Assembly (NCBI GenBank): GCA_951406725.2
Contig: OX597829.1
Location: 30,752,001-30,816,000 of the forward strand
DNA from: Octopus vulgaris
Lineage: Eukaryota
Direction: 5' to 3'
Length of the DNA stretch: 64,000 bases
Positions 12,347-26,341 of the stretch are shown here, piece after piece (within the stretch, counting starts at the first letter, position 1; each line of letters starts with the position of its first letter). The translations under genes were made by a program, and so were the position numbers. The notes under the pieces were generated by a model. That model was not told where the DNA came from. It worked only from the letters and a program-made list of their open reading frames with translations, and did no database searches.

Positions 12347-13197
12347 AAATACATGCACACACAGTCAAGTAAAATATATATTTTGAGTATCATATTAAAA
12401 CAAATGTCAGAAATTATGATGACTAAATGATATTTATATTATTGTTGTGATTATAATCAGTTTTAGGAGAATTTCTGAAAACAGAAGAAACACAAGACCC
12501 ACAATCTGGCTTCAATAAGACATCTGGTTGTTTTCACTTGATAACAATCTCAAATGCTGTCTTCCTTCTTGTCTTTCTTTCTTTCTTTCCTTTTCTTTTC
12601 TTTTCTTTTCTTTCTAATTCATTTTTCTTTTTGCTTTCTTTTTGTTTGTTGTCTTTTGCTTTCTTTCATTCTTTCTTTTTTTTTCCATATGGTGAATGAA
12701 ATAACTGAAAGTTATGAATGCGGTAAATGTGTTAAAAATTTACGAAAGGGGATAATGATAATAATAATAATAATAATAATAATACCCTTGTTCACAGTGT
12801 GAGTTGTTATGGTTGTTTAACTCTAGGTCAGTCTTGATACAGCAGACCTATTCTTGAAAACAAAATATTCTGGCACTGACCACCCTTGTCTTTTATTCTG
12901 AGACAGTGTATCTAAGGCTACATCAGATAATGTGGTCTGGTCTTCTTTCCTCCCTTTTCACTATCTAACAAAGAATAATGTTCAAAGCATTATAGCTATT
13001 TACTTACTCTTTCTCTTCTCTCAAGTATCAAACTAACAACTTTGTGAACTTAACCTGTTTTTATGGGGATTTTTTTTTTGTTTTTTTACTTTTTAGTTTG
13101 TTTTTTTTCTTCCTTGTTGTTGCTTAGACAAAGGCAACCCTAATCCAAAAGAACTGTGGTGAATTGTTGTGCAACTGTGACTAGATGTGACCGTGTA

Positions 13198-13629
13198 TTA
13201 AGAAGCTTGCTTCCCAGCCACATGGTTCCAGTTCTGTCCCATTGTGTAGTACCTTGGGCAAGTGTCTTCTGCTACAGCCTCACAAAGCCTTGTGAGCAGA
13301 TTTGGTAGATAGAAATTGAAAGAAGCCGTAAGCACCATCCGGAATCGTGGCCGATGCCAGTGCCGCCTCGACTGGCTTCCGTGCCGGTGGCACATAAAAT
13401 GCACCAATCCGATTGTGGCCATTGCCAGCCTCGCCTGGCACCTGTGCAGGTGGCACATAAAACGCACCCACTACACTCACGGAGTGGTTGGCGTTAGGAA
13501 GGGCATCCAGCTGTAGAAACACTGCCAGATCAGACTGGAGCCTGGTGCAGCCTCCTGGCTTCCCAGATCCCCGGTCGAACCGTCCAGCCCATGCTAGCAT
13601 GGAGAACGGATGTTAAACGATGATGATGA

Positions 13630-13666
<37 letters not shown>

Positions 13667-14130
13667 TATATATATATTGCCATTGAAACATGGAGTTGTT
13701 GAAACAGGGACAATTGAAGAGGGGAATATTCTTTGTTGCATGTCTTGTTTCTTTGTTTGTTTTTTTTTGTCGTTCCAAAAAATGTTTGTTTCTATGTTTT
13801 TGTTTTTATGATTTCATTTCTCATTGTGTTCAACGTTTTTTTGATATCCTGTACCCATATATGCATGTATATATGCATATATGTAGGTGTGTACATATAT
13901 GTATATATATATGCATATAGTTATATATTATTTATATATATATATATCTGTTGTGTTTCTTTTTCCTTTCACCACTTGACAAACGGTGTTAGTGTGTTTA
14001 TATCCCTATAATTTTGCAGTTCAGCAAAAGAAAAGTAAGTACTGGCATTGATACATTCTGCTAAAATTCTTCAAAGCGGGACCCCAGCATGGCCACAGTC
14101 TAATGACTGAAACAAGTAAAAGATAAAAGA
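13198..14130 (+). mobile_element. CORE-like tRNA SINE (octopus OR-type) with nested RTE tail and other insertions
   Basis: Head with CCTTGGGCAAGTGTCTTCT and tail CCAGCATGGCCACAGTCTAATGACTGAAACAAGTAAAAGA. An RTE tail is inserted at ~13335-13630. Confidence 0.7.
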
Positions 14131-14535
14131 TTGCATTGTGTATTATTATCTAATGCTCAGAAGTATCACCAATCAACATGGTTCTTTGTCATCTCCATTG
14201 CGAGATCCAGCATCTTTCCTAAGTTGGCCTTCACCACTTTGACCCATGTCTTCCTCAGTCTACTTCTTTTATGGGCTTCGCAAACTTGGAGCACATGGCA
14301 CGTCTTTATTTGTTGTTGTTTTTGTTGTATTTTTAGCCCTTTGTCAGCCTTGATCTGGCAAAAAAATTAGCAAACCATGTCCAGCTGTGACCATGCTGCT
14401 TTTTATTCTAAGGAATCTAGGACTGACCTAGAGTTAAACAACATGTGACATGGATAAAATTTCAAACATGTTGAGTAATCATTTAAAAGATCCATCATTG
14501 AAATGACAAATACGAATCATGTACACACACACACA

Positions 14536-14571
<36 letters not shown>

Positions 14572-14699
14572 GCAGCAATTGATGGTAGGTTAAAGCAAGA
14601 ACAACTGATGTAACATGTCTGTTATCAAAATGATCACTAAAATCTTCTTTTCAGGTGCTGAATACCATCACTCGTTCCCATGTTCCCTCACACATCCCT

Positions 14700-17600
14700 T
14701 TCCCAGTTTTCAGAGTTGGCACTGTCAAGGTAGGCACATTGAAATGTAGGTCTAGCTAGATTGTTAAATGCTCGAACGGTGACATGTTGAAGTATGCTGT
14801 ATCAAAGAGGTAAGGTGAAGAGGAGCTTCAGGTTCCTCACAGGCAAGACACATAGGTATAAAATCTTCTAGGAAGGTAACTGTGATGGGGTAGGTGGTGT
14901 GGGCATACTTCTTGTTGAGAAATGGGTGGATAAGGCCACAGGTAGTCAGAATATGTGATAGAGTGCTTAAGCTCAAGCTAGTCTTGCAGAATAGTATAGT
15001 GACAATCATCTCTGCCTACGCCCTACAAACAGGTCTGCTAAATGAACAGAAGGACCACTTTTATATCTTCTGCAGGCTACCTCAAAGAGGAGTGACAATG
15101 ATCTCATCTGTGTGGCTGGGAATTTCAATGGGCATGTTGGACAGCAGACTGGTATCTTCCATGTGGGTCATGGAAATGGTCCCCCAAAAGGAAGAGGGAA
15201 CAAGGTTACTGGAGTTCTGTAATGCAAGTAACATATTGATCTGCAACACCAACTTCTGGAAGCCAGCCAGCCACCTGATAACCTACCAGTCAGGTGACTG
15301 TGCTAGCCAGCTCGATTACATTCTCACCAGACAGCGGGATGCATAGTTGCTCTTAAATACAAAGACCCTCCCCGGTGAAGAATATACCCCTAGACTAGTC
15401 ATTAGTGATTTTAGATTTCAGGCCTGAAGGATATCAAGAAGCAGACCAATCTGGAAAAGAAGGATATGGAAGTTTAAAGACCCTTCATATGGTCAGAGAT
15501 TTAGGGACATCCTAATTGAGAAATTTGATGAGAAGGAGGAGGAGCTACAGACTTGTGACATAGGGGGCAACTGAGAATTCCTGTGGACAGCCTGCTGAAT
15601 GCCACAGACCAAATCTGCAGCAGGTGCAAAGTTCCATCCAGGCCGAGAGTAACGTGGTGGGGAAATGATGCAGTAGACAGGGCCATTAGAGCAAAGAAAC
15701 AGGCCTGCAAGAGTGGAGGTAACAGGGAGCTGTATCAGATAGCCAGAAGGGAAGCTAGGAGACTGGTATAGCTAGACAAGGGAGAAGCAGAAAAGAAAAT
15801 GCTTGCCTACGTTCAGCGACGTGAGGACCAAAGAATTGAAGTGTTTCAGATTGCAAGACGGTGTGTGAGAGAAAATCATGATGCCATAGGAGAGAAATGT
15901 GTTTGCATAGATGAGGGAGCATTTGCATTTAATGATTCTGCAAAGACAGAGGCTCGGAGATGCCATTATGAAAGACTACTGAATTTAGAAAACGAATGGG
16001 AGGAGGAGAGTCTGCCAAATGTTGACCAATTGAGGGACCAGCTACCTGAATTGACAGTTCTTTGGTAGATAAGCAATTAAAGATATGAAGATAAGGAAAA
16101 CCCCTGGCCCATCAGGAATCACTGCTGAGATGCTTAAAATATGCAGTGTGGGTTATGGTCTAGTCACCTGTATTGTAAATCAGGTGGTTCACAGTCCTAT
16201 TCAGTGACTGGTGTAGCAGTACCATAGTCAACTGCTACAAAGGTAAAGGTGATGTCTTAGAAATAATTACAGAGATATCAAATTGTTGGATCAGGTGATG
16301 AAAGTTATGGAGAAAGTCATGGTCCAACTAATAGGAGGAGATTTAGTCCAGATGAGATGCAGTTTGGTTATGTGCCAGGGAGAAACATCACAAATGCTAT
16401 ATTTCTGCAGGAGAAATACATAGCCAAAGATAAACCTTAGTACTTAGCTTTTGTTGACTTGGAGAAAGCCTTTGACAAGGTCCCCCAAACTCTTATCTGG
16501 TGGTCAATGCAGAAAGTTGGGATAGATGAGTTGTTGGTGAGAACTGTACAAGTTAGGTACATGGATGCTACAAGTAAGGTGAGGGTTGGCAATGAGTATG
16601 GCAAAAAATTCAGGGTAAAAGTCGGGGTTCACTAAGGATCGATACTCAGCCCCATCTTGTTCATCATAGTCTTCTAGGCAATAACAGAGGAATTTAAATC
16701 AGGCTGCCCCTGAGAGCTCCTCTATGCTGATGACCTTGCTCTTATTGCTGAATCACTACCAGAACTAGGGAAGAAGTTCCAGGTATGGAAACAAGGTCTA
16801 GAAATGAAAGGCTTTAGAGTTAATTTAGCAAAAATAAAAGTCTTAGTAAGTAGGAAGGCAGACAAATCACAAGTCCCTTCAGGTAGATGTCCTTGCTCAA
16901 TCTATAGAAAAGGCATTGGTAGAAACTCCATAAGATGCACCCAATTTAAGCTTTGAACATATTAAAAGTGCAGCAATATAAGAGGAAGGTTAACAGAGAA
17001 ACTAGCTTTTGTGTGTGGAAGATGCACAGGTACAATAAATGCTGAAAATGTGCAGAAAATAGGCTCCAACTGCCAGGGAAGCAAGCTAGAGATAATAGTT
17101 TCTGTTATCTAGGTGACCAAGTTAATAGAGGAGAATGCTCTGAGAGAATAGCTGTGAGAATAAGATTAGACTGGGAAAAGTTCAGAGAGCTCCTACCTCA
17201 GCTGGCAATGATAAGTCTCTCTCTCTCAGAATGAAAGGCAGATTGTATGATGCCTGTGTGCAAACAGTCATGCTACATAGATTGTGACAGCTGAGGACAT
17301 GTGTAGGCTTGAAAGAAATGATGTCAGTATGCTTCGCTGGATGTACAAAATCATTGTGCATGTTCGACAGAGTGTAAACATCTTGAGAGAAAAGTTAGGC
17401 ATAAGAGGTATCAGATGTGGTGTGCAAGAGGGACAACTGTGTTGGTATGTGATCTGTATCGATGAGGACAGCTGTGTAAAGAAGTGTCGATCTCTGCGGA
17501 GGGAACTTGTGGAAGAGGTAGGCTCAGGAAGACATGGGATGAAGTGGTGAAGCATGATCTTCGAACTTTGAGTTTCACAGAGACAATGCCTAGTAACCGA

Positions 17601-18110
17601 GACTTTTGGCAATATGCTGTGCTTCGGAAGATCCATCAAGCCATGTGAAATCGTAGTCATGGCTGATACTGGTGTTATGCAACTGGCACCCGTGCCAGTA
17701 ACATGTAAAGAGCACCTTTCAAGCGTTGAGCCTAACGGAGGCAAAGTGGCCGAGTTCCTTTTGAGCATTGGTCCTCAGGGAGGCAAAGTGGCTAAGTTCC
17801 TTTTGAGTATTGGGCCTCACGGAAGCAATGACAGACCTTTGGCATTATGTCATGCTTGAGAAGAAGACCCATCAAGCCAAGCAAAATCGCAGTCATGGCA
17901 GATACTGGTGTCCCACAAATGGCACCTGTACCAGTGGAATGTAAAAGCACCCATTTCACTCTCAGAGTATTTGGTGTTAGGAAGGGCATCTAGCCATAGA
18001 AAACCATGCCTAATTAGACTGGAGTCTGGTGCAGCCTTCTGGCTTACCAGCCCTGGTCAAACTGTCCAACCCATGCCAGTATGGACTACAGATGTTAAAT
18101 GATAATGATA
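14700..18110 (+). mobile_element. Near full-length degenerate RTE-clade LINE (APE + RT + Cys-rich insert + 3' tail)
   Basis: APE motifs FRVGTV.VGTL, CCI.EVR, ISAYA, G.FNGHVG, SQLDYIL. RT motifs AFVDLEKAFDKVP, GS.LSPILF and ELLYADDLAL (YADD 16723-16734). Many stops and frameshifts. Ends in a (GAT)-like tail. Confidence 0.92.
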
Positions 18111-18349
18111 TATATATAATCTTGTGGCACTTGACGCAAGTGTCTTCTATAGCTATGAGCTGACCAATGCAGAAACTGTATTGAAGCCTATTGTGTGAAA
18201 GGAGAGTGGAAAATGGAGGGGAGGGTAATGTAGTGAGTGGTGAACACTAATGGGGGAAGAGGAGTTGTGGGTGAGGGATTTGTCGGAGACAGATTGTGTG
18301 CAGGAACTTCAACTACTTAGATAGATTGGTCTTCTCAAGCACAGCCAAT

Positions 18350-18615
18350 TGCCAGTCATCTCAGTCATTTGTCGTTTTCTCTGTTAGTCTCAACATCTTA
18401 GTCATTTTTCACCACTCCCTTCTATGTCTTCTTAGATTTTCCTCTTCTACAGGTTTCCTTCACAATTACAGATCAGCACTTCTTTACACAACTGTCCTCA
18501 TCCATACACATCACATGACCATACCAGCTGTTTTCTCTCTTGCACTCTGCAATCTGATACTTCTTATGCCCAATTTCTCTCACAATGCATTTACGCTTTC
18601 TTGTACATGCTTACA
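18350..18615 (-). mobile_element. RTE-LINE C-terminal fragment
   Basis: Reverse complement of the 17360-17630 region. Confidence 0.65.
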
Positions 18616-19194
18616 TATATAGGTATGTTTTTTGTGTGTGTATGTGTGTGCATGGATGCAGGCATGTCTGTGTGGTCATTTTCCAACCATGTGGTCTCCT
18701 GGATAAGCGTCTTCTGATAACTTTTGGTTAACCAGTCTCCCATGAGTGGAACTGATAATGGAAACTGTATATGAGCTCATTATCAGCATCATTCTATTTT
18801 TTTTTCAACTCCATCAAATCATTCCCATCCTCTCTTCTAAATATGAGTAGTGATGTAGCCCCTCTATAGCACAAAACCTACTCTGCACCTCAGCCTCTCA
18901 TATTTTAACCTCATCTCCTAGCATAAAGATGATCATCTGTCATGGTTTGTAGTATGGCAAATTGCATGGTGTTCTCACTAGTGCTGGTGGCACAGAAGAA
19001 AAAAACAAAAAATACTCAGTCCCCACTGTAAAGTGTTTGCTGCTAGGAAAGGTATCCAGCCATAGAAACCATGCCAAAGCGGACACTGGAGCATGATGCA
19101 ATCCTTGGACCTAGAGATCCTGTCAAACCATTCCACCCTATTCAAAATGGAACATGGACACTAAATGATGATGATATAATATATGAGTATTTAA

Positions 19195-19419
19195 CTCTTC
19201 ACCATTTAAACCAGCCATATCTGGCTAAAATATGCTACCTGTTGTATGTTCAAACGAACCAGATCCAGCCTCTCACACCTGCCCTACAATGTCATTCTAA
19301 AAATATGTGATCACATCATCAAAATTTTGAAGCTACAAGATAATACTTGATTAATTAAAAACAATATGAATGAAAAAAAAAAGCATTACATTTGATAGAA
19401 TAATATGAATGCTAAAGGG
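19195..19419. mobile_element. piggyBac-type MITE
   Basis: TTAA at 19191-94 and 19420-23. Ends CTCTT.../...GCTAAAGGG. Paralogue of 50574-50793. Confidence 0.7.
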
Positions 19420-19722
19420 TTAAACTTAAGTTCATGTATATGTATGTAATTTACATATACATATGTGTGTGTATGCATGTATGCACACATGCACATATAT
19501 GTGAATATGTGTGTGTATCATGATCATAATAATCGTTTAACATTCACTTTTCCATGCTTGCATGGGGTGGATGGAGTTTATTGAAGCAGATTTTCTGTTC
19601 CCAAGCAATGTAATATTTCCTTGTGGCCAGACACGGTTACATAGAATACTGGAAATGAATGACACTGCTTGTATGATAGTGACAATCATTTTGCGACTAT
19701 CTCACGATGTCAAGACAAGGAG

Positions 19723-19753
<31 letters not shown>

Positions 19754-20358
19754 CCTGGCTTCTTTCAGTTTCCATTTCCCAAATCCACTCACAAGGCTTT
19801 GATTAGACGCTATACCAGCAGACATGCAGTGGAACTTGACCCAGAACCATGTGGTTGAGAAGAAATATTCCTGTCACACAGCCACACCATACATAAGCTA
19901 AATGATTGATTTATCTTTTTGCTTTTTATTGTTTCATTCTTGGACTTTGGCAATACAGAGACACTTGTCTTGAAGGGTTTTAGTTGAACAAGTCAACTCC
20001 AGTACTGATTTTTTAATTTACATTTTAAAGCCCATTTGTTTCTTATGCCAAACTGCTAAGCTACAGTTGTAAATAAACCATCTCCACTTATCAAGTGCTG
20101 GTGGAGGACAAATAAATACATACATACAAACAAACACAGACACACACATATATGATGGGCTTCTTTGAGTTTCCATCTGCCAAATCCATTCACACGACTT
20201 CGGTTGACCTGAGGCTATTGTAGAAGATGTGCTCAAGGTGTCATGTAGGGTAACTCAACCAGGAACTATGCAGTTGGGAAGCAAAGTTCTCGTCACACAC
20301 CCATGACTACACCTATATTCTTACCCCGCAGCCACACCTGCACCCATCTGGAAAAAAT

Positions 20359-20728
20359 TTACTCTTTTAGTTGTTTCAGTCATTTGACTGTGGCCATGCT
20401 GGAGCACCAGCTTTTAGTTGAGCACATCGACCCAGGACTTATTCTTTGTAAGCCTAGTACTTATTCTATCGGTCTCTTTTGCCGAACTGCTAAGTTACAG
20501 GACATAAACACACCAGCATCGGTTGTCAAGCAATGCTAGGGGAACAAACACAGACACACATATATACGACGGGCTTCTTTCGGTTTCCGTCTACCAAATT
20601 CATTTACAAGGCTTTGGTTGGCCCGAGGTTATAGTAGAAGACACTTGCCTGAGGTGCCACGCAGTGGGACTGAACCCGGAACCATGTGGTTGGTAAGCAA
20701 GCTACTTACCACAGCCACTCCTGCGCCT
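20359..20728 (-). mobile_element. CORE-like tRNA SINE, full-length and young
   Basis: Minus strand reads GGCGCAGGAGTGGCTGTGGTAAG...GGTTCAGTCCCACTGCGTGGCACC...GCAAGTGTCTTCTAC, with an intact tail. An older copy lies directly upstream (~19920-20310). Confidence 0.85.
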
Positions 20729-21899
20729 AAATATTTTTGAAGGTTTCTAATTATAAGAAACAACTATCAAAATGGAATTTTTATTTTCATATAGACATTT
20801 TTACAAAAGCCAGTTTTGGTAGTACCGAGGAGGCTAGCAGTTTACCAAGCAAGAATCAATGCTTATTTTGTTGATCAAGGTAGAGTTTGAGCTGAAAAAG
20901 AGTCTCTAAATATCCAAGTTTGGGTTCTGAATTCCTAGCCACCTTCATTGTTCTGTTATAAGTTGGTATTCATTTGATGGTGAAGAAGTCTCAATTGTTC
21001 TCATACAGAATCAACACTGAGCAATATTTGATTCTGGTGAGATAAGCTATATTGAGTAGAAAAATGTCCTACATTTCCTTCAAATAATTAATTTGCATTG
21101 GCAGGTCTTTTCAGTGTTAAAATACTTGATAGTTTAATCAATGGGATATATTTAATCATTGAATACTGCTCTAATGTTAACATATGTTGTAGATATGGAG
21201 ATGGTTGGGAAGGTGGAGTTTTGGATTGGTTGTTTTGAATAACCAGTTTAATATATATATTTTTTTTTTTTCTGCTTGTTAGTTCAGATCTCACCCACGT
21301 GAATAAAATAGGTTACCAATTATATTTGGGTGTTGATTTCTATAAAAGAATTGATCTTCACCTATATTTCAAACTAAATATTACAGTATTATATATAGCA
21401 TTGTAGTGTTTGGGGTTACTGTAGAACTTCAATAACTAAGTAAAGTGAATTTTATATAACTGAGAAATTGCATCACCTAAATTTTTTGGTGCTTGTCACT
21501 ATTTCAAATTAAATATTAATCATAACTATTAAAGCCAGCTGTTTTTTTTTCTTTTGCAGGTGGGATTCATATGGCATTCTTAAATGTGTATATGAATAGA
21601 TTATGTATATATGTGTGTGTGTGTGTGTGTATGTATTTCTATGTATATATTTTCATTGAATTAAAACATTTCTCAATAGAAAGAAAAATTATCAGCAGTA
21701 AATGGCAGTGTTGTTTCTCTATATATGTCACATATTATAGATATATAAAAAATTGAATTTCTCTAATGAAATAACGTGAAATACTGTTTAAGTCCTTTTA
21801 GCTTGTTATTCTAGTTGCTGACTAACAAGTTGTGTATGTATGTTTCTATTTATATATGCAATATATATATATGCAAATATATATACATATATATAAGTT

Positions 21900-22290
21900 A
21901 GCAGCAGAAGTGGATGCTCTGAGAGTGTAGCTACTAGTCTAAGAAGAGGCTAGGCAAAGTTCAGAGAGCTTTTACCTTTGTTGGTAACAAAGGGCCTCTC
22001 CCTCGGCAAAAGGCAAATTATATGATGCCTGCATGTGAACAGCTATACCACACAGCAGGGGAACATGGGCTGTGACTGCAGAGGACATGCAAAGGCTTGA
22101 AAGAATTGAAGCCAGCATGCTTCACTGGATGGGTAATGTCAGTGTGCATGTACAACAGAGTGTAAGCATTTTGATAGAAAAACTGAGAATAAGAGACATC
22201 AGATATGGTGTACAGGAGAGATGACTGCACTGGTATGGTCATGGACAAGGACAACTGTGTAAAGAAGTGCTGTTTTCTAACCTGTGGAAG
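21900..22290 (+). mobile_element. RTE-LINE 3' ORF fragment
   Basis: Colinear with 17130-17510. Confidence 0.75.
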
Positions 22291-22296
22291 AGTTTG

Positions 22297-22640
22297 ACCA
22301 CACATCTCAATTCTAATATCCTTCAGTCTCTCAGGCAGCAATTGGAGTGTTGTGCCAAATTCACAAATTACCACAGCAATAAATATCTTCCTGGAAATAG
22401 TTTTCCACAATCTTTTCATTTCTTTGGCTAGATTCACTATTTCTTAATATTTTCAATTTCTTTGGTATCCATTCTGTTAGCATATGGTATTGCAAAGTTT
22501 AGGATCTTACATTTTGTCTTTTTAATGTCCTCAACAATCATATCTGCACTCCTTGTTTCAATAGTATATTCAGTCTTTATGGAAAAATCCCATAAAATTT
22601 TATAATTATCATCCACCATTAGTATCCGGGTTATATTCAT
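22297..22640 (-). mobile_element. R4/Dong-like non-LTR retrotransposon fragment (restriction-like endonuclease domain)
   Basis: KILWDFSIKT..TIE.RSADMIVED....KCKILNFAIPY..R...KE.E...K..NLAKEMKRLWK...AVVICEFGT matches the RLE consensus KILWDF..RPD...IIDxAxP...KE.EK..KY..L...LW...PVVIGALG. It abuts an (AAT)n tract. Confidence 0.8.
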
Positions 22641-22727
22641 ATTATTATTATTATTATTGTTATTATTATTGTCATTATTATTATTATTGTTATTATTATT
22701 ATTGTTATTATTATTATGATGATGATG

Positions 22728-22935
22728 ATGAGTTGGCAGAGTTATTAGCAAACTAGGGAAAATGTTTAGTAGCATTTCATCTGTCTTAATGTTCTGAGTT
22801 CAAATTCTGCCAAGGTTGACTTCACCTTTCATCCTTTTGGGGTTGATAAGCTAAGTACCATTTGAGTGCTGGGATTGATGCAATCAACTACCCCACTTCC
22901 CTAAAAACCTCAGGCTTTGTGCCTATAGCAGAAAT
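22728..22935 (+). mobile_element. Meta-like tRNA SINE
   Basis: Same family as 4704-5483. Confidence 0.75.
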
Positions 22936-23803
22936 GATCATTATTGTTATCATTATCATTATAGAGTGGCTAAAAGAATATTGTGTGAAACTGTATTCCT
23001 TGTGGCTTTCATTTACATTTGAGGTTCAAACCTTATCAAAGTTGACCTTGCCATTTATCTTATTCTCTCTCTGCATCTTCAAAGGTTTCCTTGTGCCAGT
23101 GATAGAAATACCTAGCATATTTTAGACTCCATGTAACTCCAGATATTACAATTCCACCAATAACTTCAAGTGAGGTTTTGCAGTGTATAATTGTTTAATT
23201 AATCTTATTTTTTAACTAACCCTGCCAGGTTTTCCAGTCATGTTGGGAAGGAGGTAGATAGTTGGAAGCTGACCCTATAACTTAGCTCAGGCCAGATTTT
23301 CAGTGCTTTGTCATAAATAGAGATTATCATCACTATCATTATTGTCATCTTATCATTGTCATTGCCATTATCATCAGTGTTTGTATTTCTACTTTATCAT
23401 AAACAAAGTTTTGGATTTGCTTCTCTATATTTGCGACAATAACATTTCCCATAAGACTATAAAAAGAAGACTAACTCCGAAAGATACCAAACATTCATTT
23501 CAAGTGAAAAGCATGATCTATTAATAGCACAACCGAAATGTAATTGTCCATCCACTTTTTATTGTGAATCTTCAAAGTATTTTTATTTTTAATATTCTTT
23601 ATGTCAAAATTAAAAAAAAAAAAATTATTGATTTGCTAATTTGTTTGGTCATCTGACTAATTCTTGCCTGAACTGTCCTCTGCCCACAACTCTGGATGAC
23701 TTCAGATAACTTCAGATGACAAATCTTCCAAGAAATAAATCAAGAAACACATATATGCACACACACACACACGCATGGTTAGATTGTTTGAAGTGGTGTA
23801 CAG

Positions 23804-23846
<43 letters not shown>

Positions 23847-24149
23847 AGAAAAGGAAGACAGTCAGGATTTGGATGAAAAGTATTTATTTAGTAATTTTGT
23901 CCCATTCATCATGATAAAAGTGCTAAATAAATAGCTTTTATCCAAATCCTACAAGGCTTTGTTTTCATCCAAAATGGAGACAAACACCATTCCATGGCAA
24001 TGGCTTGAAAAATTCCTAAGATATAAGGATATTTTTCTTAACATGAAACTAATGGTTGCCTTAAAACATAAATAATGAAAATCTGTCCACCTATGTGATT
24101 TTGAGCACTTATTCACATAAATGAACAACATTTACGTATATATATAATG

Positions 24150-24565
24150 AATAGAGATGGCCCAATTTTACTCCACAGCAATGCACATCCTCACACTCCT
24201 CAAGCTACGGTCCAAAAGTTGCAAAGCCAGAATTATGAGATTTTGCAACATCCTCCCTATTCCTCTGATATCTCTCCTACTGATCATCACTTACTTAAGC
24301 ATTTTTAGCTTTTCATAAGCAATAAAACTTTTTTAAATAGAGAAGAGGTAATTGAAGCATTCGGACAGTTTATCACTGAAAAAGATGAATTTTTTTGTTA
24401 AAGATGGAATATATGACAGACAAAACGTTGGATAAATGTCATAAATGAACATGGATAATACTTTGATTAAATAATATCTTTCAGAAGTGTCAGAGAATAG
24501 TTCTCTAACACTTCTGAAACATATTACTGTTACCTTTCAAATACATTTCATGTGAAACAACCTAA
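24150..24565 (+). pseudogene. Mariner transposase C-terminal remnant with right TIR
   Basis: GPILLHSNA.PH...TVQKL....YEILQHPPYSSDISPTD.HL (HDNA and YSPDLAP motifs). Ends ...ACAACCTAA+TA. Confidence 0.75.
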
Positions 24566-24570
24566 TATAT

Positions 24571-24962
24571 AGGTGTAGGAGTGGCTGTGTGGTAAGAAAC
24601 TTGCTTCCCAACCACATGGTTTTAGGCTCCATCCCACTGCATGGCACCTTGGGCAAGTGTCTTCTACTATAGCCTCAGGCCAACCAAAGCCTTGTGAATG
24701 GATTTGGTAGATGGAAACTGAAAGAAGCCCGTCATATATATGTATGTATATATTTATGTATGTCTCTTTGTATCTGTTTGTCCCCCACCCATCGCTGATG
24801 TTGGTGTGTTTACATCCCTGTAACTTAGCACTTCAGCAAAAGGGACTGATAGAATAAGTACCAGGCTTACAAAGAATAAGCCCAGGGGTTGATTTCTTTG
24901 TCTAAAAGGATGTGCTCCAGCATGACCCCAGTCAAATGACAAACAAGTAAAAGAATAAAAGA
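24571..24962 (+). mobile_element. CORE-like tRNA SINE, full-length
   Basis: Head, CORE-like box CCTTGGGCAAGTGTCTT, central (TA) tract and ...ACAAGTAAAAGAATAAAAGA tail. Confidence 0.85.
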
Positions 24963-25169
24963 ATATATATATATATCTTATGTGTATGTATATATATAGA
25001 TGTCATATACATGTATGTGTGTGTAGAGAGAAAAGAGTCACTTAAAGAGTTTGACAGGGCAGCACATCTGTCAAATGGTAAAGCAGGTGTTCTAAAGCAA
25101 ACTCAGTGTGGATAGAAACCACACACTAAGCCAATGGGCAACAGCTCACTCAATATTGATTTTCAGTAC

Positions 25170-25215
<46 letters not shown>

Positions 25216-25605
25216 GTCTTTGAGGATTACTTAATACAGTTTTTGAAGTGTAAAGGTGAGTTTTTAAATAAATAAAAAAAATCTTATTTTTAAATGTTAT
25301 GAAATTTGTTATTAGGATGTTGCTAACCTTTTTTGGTGGAGGAAGTTTTTTTTCTAGTGTCTGAGTGTTTTCATTAAACCTTTTCAAATATAAATTAATG
25401 TAAGCAGCAGGCTGCTTACATTAGCGAAAAATTTAGTTGTCACTAATTCTGAATGGGTGTTAAAAGCACAGTTATTGCTAGAAATAAAAGTTAATATTCT
25501 TTGACAACAGCAGGAGAACAGGACAGTGATTAGATGCAAGAGACTCACCTAAATACTATCTCAATGCCCTACTATGTAGATAACTGCCCCATCAACAAAG
25601 CTAGA

Positions 25606-25652
25606 ACACTGGACCATGGTTTTGCCTTGTAATCGGGACTTGTCTGCAGTGT
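25606..25652 (-). ncRNA. Degenerate type I hammerhead
   Basis: Minus strand: ACACTG-CAGACAA-GTC(ccgattacaa)GGC-AAAA-CCATGG-TC-CAGTGT. Helix I is perfect, helix III is palindromic and the triplet is GUC, but the core is mutated (two changes are CpG-type). Confidence 0.55.
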
Positions 25653-25695
25653 GACTTTTTTGCTTTGATGGAAAAGTTAAATTCCTTCATCAGTA

Positions 25696-25897
25696 TCTTT
25701 TACCTGTTTCAGTCATTAGACTGCAGCCATGCTGGGCACCACCTTGAATTTTCAGTTGAATGAATCAGTGCCAGTAGTTATTTTTTTTTTAAAGCCTGGT
25801 ACCTATTCTATTGGTCTCTTTTGCTGAACCACTAAGTTACGGGGATGTAAACACACCAACACCAGTTCTCAAGTGGTGATGGGGGCACAATGCAGAT

Positions 25898-25932
<35 letters not shown>

Positions 25933-26097
25933 CACGATGGGCTTCTTTCAGTTTCTGTCTGCCAAATCCACCCACAAGGCTTTGGTCGGCCTGTGACTAT
26001 AGTAGAAGACACTAGCCCAAGGTGCCACACAGTGGGACTGAACTTGGAACCATGTGGTTGGTAAACAAGCTACTTACCACACAGCCACTCCTGTGCC
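25696..26097 (-). mobile_element. CORE-like tRNA SINE, full-length
   Basis: Same family as 20359-20728. Confidence 0.85.
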
Positions 26098-26300
26098 AAA
26101 ATAATACCTGCCATATAAATTTATGGCTGATTTGGCGATATGCCAATGTGTATACTAAAAATTAATGCAAACAGTTAGCCGCAATGCAAAGCCGTATACG
26201 AAAAATTTAGCCATCACTAATTGTTGCTAGAAATAAATGTTAAAACTCTTATAGCTGTGTGAAAAGCATCTCTCTCTCTTTCTCTTTCTCTCTCTCTCTG

Positions 26301-26341
<41 letters not shown>

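Noticed and set aside
16723-16734. CTGATGA motifs at 16727, 11245 (-) and 48287 as hammerhead cores or C boxes
   Set aside because: They are the YADD/YTDD codons of RT, with no helix II or GAAA partner.
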